From assembly GCF_006345805.1 (NCBI RefSeq), contig NC_042998.1, positions 162,812,001 to 162,876,000 of the forward strand: a stretch of DNA of 64,000 bases. Direction: 5' to 3'. The notes under the pieces were generated by a model. It was not told where the DNA came from, ran no database searches, and saw nothing but the letters and a program-made list of their open reading frames with translations. This DNA is from Octopus sinensis. Taxonomy: Eukaryota. Positions 13,261-26,315 of the stretch are shown here, piece by piece. The stretch's first letter is position 1, and every line of letters starts with the position of its first letter. The position numbers and the translations under genes were made by a program.

Positions 13261-14319
13261 GTACATATATTTCCCCCTTTGTTTTGATTCCTACTTATTG
13301 AATCAAACCAAAGCATTCCCGCTTGTACTATAAAACGTTTGTGGCTTTCCTGTTACAAAGAAGTACGTAGCTTGTTCAGGCAAACGTTTCTCTTATGGGA
13401 CGTGAACTCTGAATCACGGGCAATGTAGTTAAACCCTCAATATCCGTGTCAGCAACATTTTTTTTATATTTCCACTTTATACTGTTTCATATCATTGTCA
13501 TTGTCATTATACATTTGGGATTTTCGTTCATTTTTAACATCGTATTAGAATTTTTCTCTGTTGTCTTTTCTTTTTCTTCTCATTTATTTTCATGTCTGGC
13601 TCAACAATTTCCCCTCTTTATCTCTGGGGATATCTTTATATCTCGTGTGATATCTCTTTATCTCTTGTCTTTACGAAGTAAGTGATTATTATATAAAAGA
13701 AACGTATGATAAAAAGTCTTTGTAGCACCAACTGTACATTCATTATAACTTCTAATGAAATTTCTTCCGTCTCTTTCTCGTTTGGTTCCAGTGAAATTCC
13801 ATATATGCTGAGATTTCTGTTGAGACAAAGAGTGAAAGAGTGTTGATAGCTGGTGTCAAATGCAATGAAAACTTGTTACAATTTTCTAATTCTGATAATT
13901 TTCTGTCCTCTTTCAATTCTGTTACACTCACGCGCCAATCTCTGCTATACTTTCATATTTTTGTGTTTGTTTGTTTGAGACCGACAACTTTGGGGCTTTT
14001 CTTCCATATCAATGTTTCAAACATTTTTTCTTTGTCCATTAATTATTAAAGAACAAACAAAACAGAAATAATAATATGATTATCAAATGAAGGACAAAAT
14101 AATAACATTTAAAACGGCAATAATTTTTATTGTTGTTCAATTATAGGATATAGAAACTTGAAAAGAAAAAGACATTAAAACACAAGAAGATCTTATGCAA
14201 ACCATGTCGGTTTTTATTCTCTTCTTGATACGAAATGCCTCAATTTACATTTAAATAAATCAAAATCTACAAGGACAATAAAAAGTAACGATAAAAAGTT
14301 TAAGTAATGATAAGTTTGT

Positions 14320-15062
14320 ATAATAACAATTCTTTCTGCTATAAGCACAAGGCTTGAAATGTTCAGGGAGAGTGCAACTCGATGTAATTAACCCCAGTGC
14401 ACAACTGGTACTTATTTTATCGACCCCCAAAAGTGTAAAAGACACAGTCAACCTCGGCTAAATTTGAATTCAGAAGATATGAGGATGATGATGATGATGA
14501 TGACAATCATTTCTACTATAGGCACAATGCCTCAAATTTTCGGGTATGAGTCTAGTCGTTTACATCGACCCCAGTATTTGACTTGTACTTATTTCATCGA
14601 CCCGAAAAGGAGGACAGACAAAATCGACCTCAGCGGAATTTGAACTCAAGATGTAAAGACAGACGAAATGCTGCTAAGCATCTTGCTCGGCATGCAGGCG
14701 ATTCTGCCAGCTCACAATAATGGTTTCAGATTTTCGCAGAAGGCCAGCAATTTTAGGGGTGGGGGTTAAATCGATTACATCGACCCCGGATTTTGACTTT
14801 CAAATGATGAGAGGCATTTCGACGGCACTTAAACGTAAATATGGACCAAATGCCGCCGGAGGAATTTCAAGGTCAGCAATATTAGAGTGGGAGACGATAA
14901 ATCGATTGCATCCACCCCCAGTACTCACTGGTACTTATTTTATCGACCACGTAAGGATGAAAGACAAAGTCATTCTCGACAGAATTTGAACTCAGAACTT
15001 AAAGACGGACGAAATGCTGCTAGGCATTTTGCTCAGCGCAGTAATGATTCTGCCAGCTCCCC
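14320..15062 (-). mobile_element. Cluster of about four family-1 SINE copies
   Basis: Repeated gaatttgaactcagaa / atcgaccccagt / ctgccagctc motifs. Confidence 0.8.
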
Positions 15063-15097
<35 letters not shown>

Positions 15098-15594
15098 GAG
15101 TGAGCGAGCAGAGCATCCCATCAAAGTGACACTGGGGTAAAATATACGAAGCCCAGTATACCCATCATGACTACCTGTCTGTTAAGGGTACACCAGGCAC
15201 ATGCATCACAACCATATGTGCGCGACATGGTGATCTCATATCAAGATAAACAGCACATGACCTTGCAGGTGGAGCCCAGTTAGAATTTTCTTCAGATCGA
15301 GTAATCCATCCCGCTCAAAAGGTCCCTGAATAAGGGTTGTTTAAGGACGTTGAACGAAACACCCATGTTTCCAGAGGTGAATTATTCAAACCCCAAAGAA
15401 TCCTTCTCAACACATGGCTATGATGGTCCCCCACTACTTCTGCTCGTGATCAGAGATGCACATATCGTCAGCCACTAAGGGACATGCTCAACTGGTTAAG
15501 GTCAAACAACTGACAAGCAAATCTGTGGTATTGAGCAGAATATTTGCTGTAGCCCATCTTTTATACCAAGACAAAACAATGTACATGATAACAC

Positions 15595-15595
<1 letters not shown>
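15098..15595 (-). mobile_element. (AAT)n-embedded non-coding retroposon, 5'-truncated copy
   Basis: Colinear with 62312-62866 but lacks the last ~60 bp of the + strand; (TTA)n on both sides. Confidence 0.8.
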
Positions 15596-15659
<64 letters not shown>

Positions 15660-15680
15660 TTATTATTATTATTGTTATTA

Positions 15681-15728
<48 letters not shown>

Positions 15729-15749
15729 TATTATTATTATTGTTATCAT

Positions 15750-15803
<54 letters not shown>
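15596..15803. repeat. (TTA)n then (TAG)n microsatellite
   Basis: Direct reading. Confidence 0.95.
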
Positions 15804-15805
<2 letters not shown>

Positions 15806-15814
15806 AACAAGTCA

Positions 15815-15890
15815 CACTACCTACCAAAGGCACACAGAGCTGCGCTCTGTAGTGCAGTGAAAGCATGCAATAAAAATAATACTTCTGGAT
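15815..15890 (+). mobile_element. 3' tail remnant of the R4/Dong-type element
   Basis: aaggcacacagagctgcgctctgtagtgcagtgaaagcatgcaataaaaa matches the 3' UTR at 34500-34570 (minus). Confidence 0.75.
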
Positions 15891-16699
15891 AATAACAATA
15901 ATAATAATGATGATGTTGATAATAAATAATGATAATAATAACGCAAAGGTATAATATAATGAAGCAATGGACTTTATGGTTGGTTTGTTAACTAACTGTT
16001 CGGTCAGCTCAGCTGGCATATTGCCAAACGATTGGTGTCAGAACTAAAGTGTGTCAGCAAAGGTGCTAATGTCTTTTCTGCCAGTTGCTGGCTTTGTTGG
16101 AACTGAGATGGTGATTGGCAATATTCTCCAAGATAACATCATCTGTTTAGAGTTAATAAAAGAACATAACAACAACAAGAATTAATAAAAAAAAAACATG
16201 CTTGTAAAGCTAAAAAAAAAAAGAGAAAGAAATGTAGCTAACAACCTAAAGTAATATAAGACTCACAGACATACAAAAACGTACACACGCGTACACGCAT
16301 GCGTATATACACAATCTCTGTGTCTTAACACTTGTATGGCAATTAACACAGTTGAATAAATTTGCATTGTGAACACACAGGTAAGCTACATCAAACAAAA
16401 AGGAATCGAGCCGCTTTGGTACAAAGAACAAAATAGCTAAAAAAAAGAAAATAACAAAAAAACAAAACAATAATAACGAAAATAACAATGACAACTATAA
16501 AAGAAAGGAAAACGGTCATCAAATAAAGAAATAGGAATAAATGGATTAATGGATAAGTTAATTAACGGATAAATTAGCGAACGAATAAAGAAGACCGAAG
16601 AAAATTATTATTAAAAAGTGTTAAAATTTATATTGCTTTATATTCGGAATGTGTCAGTGTGTGTTTAAGATATTTGACAGGCTGCGTCGTTAGCTGGTT

Positions 16700-18300
16700 G
16701 GCAAGGGGTGGTGGTGGTGGTGGTTGTGGTGGTGGTGGTGGTGGTGGTGGTAATGGTGGTGGCGGCGGTCGTCGTCGTCGTCGTCTGCGCGGATAATGAT
16801 GAAGTCAGTGGTTAATGACGGTGAGGAGAATGGTGGCGATAGGCTTGGTGGTGGTGGTGATGGTAATGCTAACGTTGAAAGTGGTAGCGATAAAGGCATT
16901 CGCAATGATGATGATGATAATGGTAGTGAAAGATGTTGATGTGGATGGTAAATGGTGGCGGTGTTAGTGGTGGCGATGGTGGTGATGGGATCATGGTGGT
17001 TACGGTAGTGGTGTGTGCGGGAGTATTGATTGCGGTTGAAGTGGTGGATGTTGTAGTGGTGGTGGTGGTGGTGGTGGTGGTGGTGGTTGTGGTAATTGTG
17101 GTGATGGTGGTAGTGATGATGGTGGTGATGATGGTGGTGATGGTGGTGGTGGTGTCACAATGATGGTGGTGGTGGTTGCTTGTCTGACTGACTCTTTGGC
17201 TGGTGGTCTAGTGAGGAAATGAGGCAAAGAATTTGTAAGACGGTAAGGGATTAGAGTGGGGCAAAAGCATAAATGTAGATATGTGGTGATATGTAGGGAG
17301 ATGGGCGAGGGTTCGTAGAGGAATAGGAGGGATTTTGCTGAAGATCAAAGAAGGATTATTAGGGGACGATGCTGGAAGGTTTGTAGATTGATGGGGGAGA
17401 ATTGTAGAGGAATTGGAGGGATTCTGTAGATTGGAGAAGGATTTTAGGGGACGGTGGGGATGGCTTGTAGAGGGATAGGGGAGGCATTGTGGGGGAATAG
17501 GAAGAATGTTAAGGGAATTAAAGAACAATTTATAGGAGACAATGGCAATGGTTTCAAGGGAGATAGAGGAAGGGGCGGAAAAAGCATAGATGTAGACATA
17601 TGTGGTGATATGTAGAGAGATGAGCGAGGGTTCGTAGAGGAATAGGAGGAATTTTTATAGAAGATTAAAGGAGAATTATTTGGAGGCGATGTTGGAAGGT
17701 TTGTAGATTGATGGAGAGGGATTGTAGAGGAACCGGAGAAATTTTGTATACTCAAGAAGGATTTTTAGGGGAAGTTGGTGATGATTGATAGATGAAGGTT
17801 AGTAGCGGGATAAGGGAAGGCTTGTAGAGGGATAGGGGAAGAATCGTGGAGGAATAGAAGGAATGTTTAGGAAATTAAAGAAGAATTTGCAGGAGACGAT
17901 GGCGATGGTTTGAAGAAGGATAGAGGAAGGTTTATAGAAAAATATAGGAGGATTTGTCGAGGAATGGGAGTGATTTTGTAGAAGATTGAAGTAGGATTTG
18001 TAGGTGACAATGAGGGTGGTTTGTAGAGGGATACGGGAGGATTTGCAGAAGGTTGAAAATGGTTTCTAGAGGGACAAAGGAGAGTTTACAGAGGAGGGGG
18101 AAATTTTGCAAGGAGAGAGGGTAGAGTTTGTAAAGGGACAGCAGCGGATTTGTTGAGAGGCAAGGCAGAGTTTCTAGATGTGAAGAGATAAAGAGGTTTT
18201 GTTGAAGAGATTGATTTGTAGAAGGAAAGAAGGATATCGTGTGATAAGATAGAGGAAGGTTTGTTGAGAAATTGAACTGTATCGAACAGAGCTGTTCAAT
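16700..18300. repeat. (GGT)n low-complexity tract followed by a purine-rich degenerate minisatellite with a ~320-360-bp duplication
   Basis: aaaagcata.atgtaga..tatgtggtgatatgtag.gagatg.gcgagggttcgtagaggaatagg occurs at ~17262 and ~17580. Confidence 0.8.
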
Positions 18301-18737
18301 CAAGTTATAGCTATCAAATATCTTGTTTTATAAGAAATGTCTGATGAGAAATTTTATTGATATTGATGTAGTGAGTGTTCTTAATATTAGTGCTTTTGTT
18401 GCTGGTATTGACGACGATGACGATGTGGTTTTGGTAGAGTCATTAGAGTGTCAGATAGAACGCTTCACAGTATTTGTTCCGACTCTTTTACGTTCTGAGT
18501 TCGAATCCTGTCGAGGTCAAATTTGTCTTTCATTATCCTTTCGGGGTCCATAAAATAAAATACTAGTCAAGTGCTGGAGGCGATAGTGTCGACTAGTCAC
18601 CAATCCCTAAAAATTTCTGGCCTTGTACCTAAATCAGAAACAATTATTAGTATTGCTGCAGTTATTGCTGTTGGTGTTTGTTGTTGTTGTTGTTAAGCAA
18701 CAAGATGGGTAAGGGTGAGTAAGTGATGGTCTAGGGC

Positions 18738-18962
18738 TTAGGGACAGGAGACCCCAGACCTTGGGAAAAAAACTTCGGTCGTCTTGTTGTAGTCGAAGGC
18801 TCTTCGTTGACGCCCGACACCACTGGGAGGTGGCCCTCGAAGTCGCTGGAAATTGAGATCTCCAGGTCCAAATTCTTGGACGGCTGCTGTTGGTGCTGCT
18901 GCCGCCGTTACTGCTGATACTGTTGCTTTTGGCAGAGTCGATAGAATATTGGAAAGAATGCC
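18738..18962 (-). CDS. Candidate coding exon of unknown protein (GILSNILSTLPK...RQRRAFDYNKTTEVFFP)
   Basis: GC-balanced unique stretch; G/C-rich first and A/T-rich third codon positions in this frame; in-frame cag acceptor at 18963 but weak pyrimidine tract. Confidence 0.3.
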   Translation of the reverse strand, partial: GILSNILSTLPKATVSAVTAAAAPTAAVQEFGPGDLNFQRLRGPPPSGVGRQRRAFDYNKTTEVFFPRSGVSCP

Positions 18963-19177
18963 CTGCAGTATTTGTTCTTTGTTCCAATTCTGCACTCTGA
19001 ATTCAAATTTCGCTACGGTCAACTTTGCCTTTCATCTTTTCGAATCAATAAAATAAAATACCAGTCATTTGGTGGGGTTGCTGATCTTGGGCCGAAGTTA
19101 GAAACCAGTATTAGTCACTTCTGATGTTATTGTTAATGATAATGTTATTTTTATTAATGCTGCTGTTATGAAAGTGA

Positions 19178-19485
19178 AGACGCGTGGCTCAGTGGTTAGA
19201 GTGTCACTCTCACAATCGTGAGGTAGTGAGTTCGATTCCCGGATCGGGCTGTGTGTAGTGTTCTTGAGCAAAACACTTTATTTCATGTTGCTCCAGTTCA
19301 CTCAGCTGTAGAAATGAGTTGTGACATCACTGATGCCAAGCTGTATCGGCCTTTACCTTTCTCTTGGACAACATCAGTGGCGTGGAGAGGGGAAGCTGGT
19401 ATGCATGGGCAACTGTCGGTTCCTCGGAGGGTAACTTTCTAGGTGCAAACCTATGGTCATTCATGACCGAAGGGGTTCTTTTACC
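19178..19485 (+). mobile_element. tRNA-derived SINE family 2 (CORE-like)
   Basis: gcgtggctcagtggttaga A box, gagttcgattccc B box, ttcttgagcaaaacacttta...cactcagctgtagaaatgagt core; a degenerate copy follows at ~19500-19680. Confidence 0.85.
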
Positions 19486-19768
19486 CATACCCTTTATGAA
19501 AGTACGTGGCCTAGTGGTTGAGTTGCTTAGCTCATGATCGCATGGTTGTAGTTTCGATTCCTGGGCGATGCGGGGAGGTGCATTATGTCTTCGAGCAATA
19601 CATTCCATTTTACGATACTCCATTCTATTCACCTGAAAATGTTCCTCTGGATGAAAGTGAGTGACTTGGAGAGTCGAGCGAGTGTCTATGCCCATTCGCT
19701 ACTGCATAGAGCTAAAACAATTATCAAAATCGTAGTACAAACTAGTATTTTTGTTTAGCCCTGAGTCA

Positions 19769-19835
19769 GTTCTGACCGATTTTACCTTTTTTAAAATTGA
19801 ATATTATTTTACAGAATAATAGAATTAAAATTAAA
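19769..19835 (+). mobile_element. Internally deleted 5' fragment of the mariner at 21550
   Basis: gttctgaccgattttacc...aaa.ttgaa fused directly to tattattttacagaataatagaattaaaattaaa. Confidence 0.75.
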
Positions 19836-19999
19836 TTCCAGCCATGACTATCATTTTTTAAAAAGTATATCTAAAACTGCATTATCTAATGTGTCCTTCC
19901 TCTTTTATAAAGGTAGAATGGGTAATTTAAGATTTCTTCGGATGCTGTATTTAACAACTTGCATGACCTCATAGAAAACACCACATCGGTTAGTGCGAG

Positions 20000-20035
<36 letters not shown>

Positions 20036-21457
20036 AAACAGCGTAGCCTTGTTTATTGGCAGAATCGTTAAGGCGTCGGGCAAAATCCTTCAAATCTTGC
20101 CAAGATCGACCGGGATCGATAAAACAAACGCTTTTATGCTACTCTGGTCGATATAATTTACTGTTGAATCTCAAAAAGGTTTCTGTACCTATAAAGAATA
20201 ACTGTAAACATGGTGATTTATATCATAAAGTTATTTAAAGCAGCAAGCTGACAGAATCGTTAGCATGCCAGGCAGAATGCTTAGCGGCACTTCGTCTTTA
20301 TGTTCTGAGCTCAAATGCCACCGTGGCCAACTTTGCCTTTTATCCTTTCGAGATCGATAAAATATGTTGTGCACTGGGGTCGCTGTAATCGACTCAGTTC
20401 CTCTCCCAAACTTGATGGACTTGTGTTAAAATTTGAAGCCTATAGCATAAAGTTATTTGGGATTTTCTTTTTGTATTTCTTCAGTGTTGTCGTGGTTATT
20501 GTTAGTATTGTTATTATTGTTGTTCTTGCTGTTCCCGTTCTAACTTTCGTTGTAATTGGACAGATGTTTACCATTGTGTTCAGTTCGAGTTTTTCGCGTG
20601 TTTTCGCTTTGGTGTTGTCACGGTTGCTACCGTTACTCGTTTTTACTATTGTTGGAATGATGGTTAATGCCTACTGGGTTATGGTATGTCGCTGTTCATG
20701 GAATGAAGGGTAAATTTTCATAGATCTGGCCTTCAGCAGAGTTTCTGAAACTGTCTGGTATAAGAGATTTAAAATCAGTCGAAATCCAAGAAGTTAGGTG
20801 AGCAACTGCAAAAGCAGATTGCAAAATACTTTAGCAGAAAATTCTAAAATGTCACATTTTCAGGTCACACTTCCCATGTAGGCTCCATTAAATACATCAA
20901 TTCCACGTGGGTCAATACTTCTCTGAATTTTAGTCTAGTTTTCATAAATGTTCCCGTGAATGCCTATGGAAATGAGTTTTACTTCTGTACTGACTGTTGC
21001 AGAGTATTTACACCAATAAAATTAGCAGGTGAAAGTGATCTTGGATAATTTAAGCAGGGATCTTGTGTGGAGGTAAGTCTTGACAGGTTTTTGGAATGTT
21101 ATATTTCAGCTATCGAAGTGTGAATCTATGTTTAATCTTTATACTGCCGAAAACATGTCTACTCAAAATTTCGTAACCCTTAATTGCGGAAAGCAGTTTC
21201 ATATACTAGTCTATCTTTTGGTGAGGAATGCCGTGTTTTAAATACTTTAATACAACTAAACTACGAGAGTGTGTGAGAGAGAGAGAGAGAGAGAGATGAT
21301 GATGTATCTAGATTACTGGCAATGATCTTGACACCTTCTGTAAATGTACCGAATTTTCTGATAAATTAAAAGTGCTGCACCCTCTTTCTAACCCAGAAAG
21401 CAAGCTGTCTCATCAGAATTTAGATCACATCAACTGGTTAATCGCGTGGATATATAT

Positions 21458-21532
<75 letters not shown>

Positions 21533-21549
21533 GAATGTATGTATGTATA

Positions 21550-22815
21550 TCAAATCATCCCATAGGTTCTGGCCGATTTTACCTATTTTAAAGTTGAATG
21601 AAATTTAATAGTATTTTAGAATGTCTAATGGAATTAAAAATTATCTTTATGCATTTGTGTACATTTAAACTAATTAAATATTATTTTACAGAATAATAGA
21701 ATTAAAATTAAAACCCTTTCTAACATGAAAGTATCCAAAGACTATTTAAGGCACATAATGCTTTGTGAGTACAAAAAAAGAAACTCTGCAGCCATAGCGA
21801 CTCGATACATACACTCAGTTTATGGGAAAGAATGCTTGAATGAAAGAATTTGCAGAGGATGGTTTGCAAAATTCAGGAGTGGAGATTTCAGCTTTGAAGA
21901 TGAAGATCGAACTAGACGTCCAGTTGAGTTTGATGATAAGCTCCTTGAGGCATTACCTGAAGAAAATCCTGCATTATCAGTTGAAGAATTGGCAAAAAAG
22001 CTTAGTTCAAGCCATACAACTGTTCATCGTCATCTTCAACAACTTGGAAAGGTTCTTAAACTTGGAAAAAGTGTACCTCTTGAATTGTCCGAAAGCAACC
22101 GCAATTCACAAGTTGATATCTACTCTTCTCTCCATTCTCACGAAGTCATTTCACCCTTTTTGGATAGACTGGTGACGAAAAGTGGATCTTCTATCGAAAT
22201 GTTAAATGTAAACAGTGGCTTGGTAAAAGGGAAAAAACTCAACCACAACCGAGAAGGGAACTTCATGAGAAAAGGTTCTTCTGTCTATCTAGTAGGATCG
22301 CAAAGGAGTAATTCACTTTGAATTGTTACCACCCAATGCAACAGTCAATGCTCAAGTCTACTATCAACAATTAGAGCGTTTGAACCAAGCTTTGAAGAAA
22401 AAATGACCCCCTTTAGTGAATCGAAAAGGAGTGATGTTTCATCAGGACAATGCGCGACCCCACACTGCAAAGATCACATCACAGAAGATCGAAGAGCTTG
22501 GTTGGGAAAAAATTCCTCATCCACCTTATTCTCCCGATCTTGCTCCTTCAGACTACCATTTGTTTCTAGTTTACAGAATCATTTGGAGGACATAACTTTC
22601 GTAAGCCAGGAGGAAGTCGAAAGCGACATTTCAGAGTTTTCGCTTTGAAACCAAAAGAGTTGTACATTGATGGGATTAAAAAGTTTGTAAATAGATGGAA
22701 GGAAGTCATAGATAATCAGGGAAAGTATATTGATGATTAAATTTCAATTAAATATAACTTTTGATCACTTGTTTTCTTTATTCAAAATTCGGTCAGAACT
22801 TATAGAATGCATGCA
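21550..22815 (+). mobile_element. Full-length mariner DNA transposon (~1.27 kb)
   Basis: TIRs catcccataggttctggccgatttt / aaaattcggtcagaacttatagaatg; inserted in a TA/(TATG)n tract. Confidence 0.92.
21725..22745 (+). pseudogene. Mariner D,D34D transposase pseudogene
   Basis: N-terminal HTH (MKVSKDYLRHIML...WFAKFRSGDFSFEDEDR), GDEKW after a ~7-nt slip deletion, FHQDNARPH...HPPYSPDLAPSDYHLF (34 residues between the Ds); frameshifts and stops. Confidence 0.95.
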
Positions 22816-25800
22816 TGCATGTGTATGTATGTATGTATGTATGTATGTATGTATGTATGTATGTATGTATGTATGTATGTATGTATGTATGTATATATGT
22901 ATGTATTTATGTATGTATGTATGTATATGTAAGCATAGATATCATTGTATGGATCTATATATTTTGATTACGGTTGTGAATACGTATCTACACGTATATA
23001 CATCCATATATTACATACTATATTTTTTTAATGTTTTACATATATGCTTATAATGCCATTTCTAATTAACCATGTCCTTTATGGTGTTGTTAAGCACCAA
23101 ACTGGTGCTTCACAAGCCAGGAGGAGGTCCCCAGACAATTAATTATGCAATCAAGTGACCCAGTAATTACATGTATAAATCTCCGGTTATAATCAGGATG
23201 AAGTAACTGAAAAGTTTTCATTGTTAGTAGACGTTCATAATATGAATGTGTCCTCCATATTATTGCAGTTTCTTACGTTTTTATCCTCTAAATTACCTTT
23301 CTTCGGATTGCCTTGTACAATGTATTGCCCATGATTCCTCTCATAAGTAGATAATGCTGAACTAACGATTTTGAACTGTTACCTATCATCTAGGTGACGT
23401 CCACGGTGCCAATTCCATAAGCCTGTATTCCACATCTAGCCATTCATCCGTACATGTTTAATTCCGCAGAGTCATATAAAACGTATGTAAGTGCATGCAT
23501 ATGTAAGTATTATGCTTCTGGACGCTGTCCATCTTTCAAATTCCACTGACAAAGGACTGTTCAACCCTAGGCTACAAGCAGAAACCACGTTCCCCGAGTG
23601 CTGCACAATGGAATCGTACGCAGACTGACGTGGCTCCAAAGAGAACTTTCTAAGCACATAACTATGCCTGCACCTCTGTTACGCGAAGTTTCATTGCAGT
23701 TATTTTGACTGTCTCTACGATGAAAAAGAAACAAAACAAAAAAAACAATAACGATAACAAAAAACATTTGAAAAGTCAGAACAAAATTGTTACATAATAT
23801 TCAGAGAAAAATTGTCCAGATGCGTCTCAGTCTTCTGAAATATTTGACTTAACGTAGACCAGAATGAGCTGATCTTGCAAAGTAAACTGGTTTATCTCTT
23901 ATTAGCATCAAAAAACAGATGTTATGGTTTTGGTTGGTAGCGATGTCAGGAGAGATGTTTTGAATAAATAACTCACTAAGCAAAGATTTTAAAGATTTCA
24001 AAAGAATTTTACATTTTTGTTTCCCCAAACGATGAATAACAAAACTAAATGACAAAATGTTTTAGTTGAAGTAAAGCAGACAGAATTGTTGTCAGAATAA
24101 ATAGTTTGGGGGACAAGCTTAAGAAGGAGTTTTTATCTCCTCGAAATAGAAACCAAATACCCCTCAAATCACTCTCTACCACCTTAAAAGAAGACATCTA
24201 AATAATACCTGCTCCCTCACAGCCAAGCTCGGCTGTGAAAAAAACTTTAGAGGTATACCCTGAGGAAAAATCGCGTGTCGGAGTTTCTGAAGTAGTTCGA
24301 CGTTGTCTACAGCCTCATTCTGGCAACTCCTACGACGAAGTTGAAGCCAAATTGTAACGACCCTTGCTTCCATCAGTGACGTGGAGAGGAGGTATACACT
24401 GCATGGGCAGCAGTCTATCTTCCATAGCATAATTACTCAAACTTGGATCCCACTAAACAATCTGTACCGGAGGGATAGAACCGGACGGCCAACAAGTGCA
24501 GCTTGTGTGACAGAGACTGTCATTTGCGCATCAGATTATTCAGCTACAGACAACTCTGTTCCAGTAAGGTAGACAACTAGGATCTTGATCCGTGATCATT
24601 AATGACCGGCTGAGATAAAAAATTTACTATATATAAATATAAGAAACTGTTGTTACGGCCAGGAATTTATTTGATCGTAGATTTACTTGATCATGGTTGA
24701 CCTAGGTCAATAGAACAACAGTTTTGAAGAGGACACAATAATCTTATTAGTGAATTCAAAGAAGAAATGTTGCTTTCATGGTAGTACAGCAATGATTAGT
24801 GAGTTTACTTATGAATATTAGTCTAAGAAATGATGGCATCAATTCCAAAGATATATTTAAATGGAGAAATATATAAGTGATGAGTAAGCCATACATTATA
24901 TGCAAATGAATGTGAGCGTTATAAGCCTTCGGTTGATAGAGGCCCCATCGTAGATAAAGTGATTGGACTGCCTGCTCATGGATCATAAGATTAAATAAAC
25001 TACTACAATGAGTTGATATATTTCTAAATAAGATTTTATTCTACAATCTTGTAGTTCACCTAGCTGCTAGTTATTGTGTCACATTGTCATTAGGTTTAGA
25101 CAATGGTTGTGATTAAAGAGCTACGTGAGATGGCTGCTGTGTTTAACTACAGTGTATGAAGAGTTATCGAAATACAATTTACCGAAGGTTACTGACAAAA
25201 ACAATTACTTGAATCAGCAATAATCGAATTATAATGAATACTAAAATAATTAAAATAACTATCAAAATGTTTAAATAAGGTTACACAATTTCACATTTTA
25301 TTTAGATAATCCGTTTTATCAAAATATAAAAATTCGTTCTGGATTTTATGAGTTTGTGTGTCAGCTTTATGTCAGCAATCTAAACACCAGTGATTTTTAT
25401 ACAGTTAACATGAACACGATACATACACGCGTGCAAATGTATATATACGTGTGTGCAGTTACACGAATGTACAGTTGCCTCTAACGTAAAATTATATATT
25501 GATTACCATTTTAATAAACGAAAAATTATTTTAAATAAACATGAAATAATTTTTTATCTTTAATCTATTTTCCAGTTTTGGGAATATTTTGTTTATAATC
25601 CTTTTGCTGCTTCGAGCAACTATTCTATCAGTTTTTTCCTGTTTTGTTTTTTTTTTTGTTATTTTTCGTACGACTACTTTCAATCAAGTGTATTTCGATT
25701 AACTGTTTCCGTCTAAGTGACCTCAAACCTTGTAACAACTTACTATTCGACATTAAACTTTTGATGGATATTGCTTTCAGGCTCAAAAGATAAACCTTCG

Positions 25801-26129
25801 AAAAAGACATATGAACTTCATTAAACTCATAGCTACAAGATAATTAAAAATAAGCTTATGGATTAAACTGTTATATCGTGTGAGATCATACCAGAGCTAG
25901 GCAAATGGGGTACCCTCAGTTATGATTTGCTCAAGAAAAGCAATTCTAATGATAGGTTTCAAATACGTATCAAATCATTATCATGTCTAATAATTTGATA
26001 AGCCTGACTCTTTCCACCTGCCACGGTCTGATAAGGAAACCGTGAATCTGAGCTTAAAATCATATTGGATCGATGCGCCTTCTCTACCACACTGGCCTGA
26101 CGTGGCTCGGCAGAGGGATGCAGTTTTTA

Positions 26130-26315
26130 TACATACCTGGGAGTAGTTCAGTCGATTACATCGACCCACTGCTCAAATTGCACTTATTTTATTGACCCGG
26201 AAAGGATAAAAGGCAAAGTCTAACTCGGACGAATTTGAACTCAGAACGTAGCGGCAGACGAAATACCGCAAAGCATTTCGCCCGGCGTGCTAACGTTTCT
26301 GCCAGCTCGGTGCTT
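26130..26315 (-). mobile_element. Family-1 SINE
   Basis: Head and core intact. Confidence 0.85.

Noticed and set aside
16690-17227. Poly-His/Pro/Val ORFs
   Set aside because: (GGT)n low complexity; open in several frames on both strands.
19178-19250. tRNA-like sequence (also 28105, 31988, 34298)
   Set aside because: These are SINE heads continuing into a SINE core, with no complete cloverleaf or acceptor stem.
24180-24580. GC-balanced unique stretch with short ORFs on both strands
   Set aside because: Stops in every frame, no recognisable domain and no consistent splice signals.
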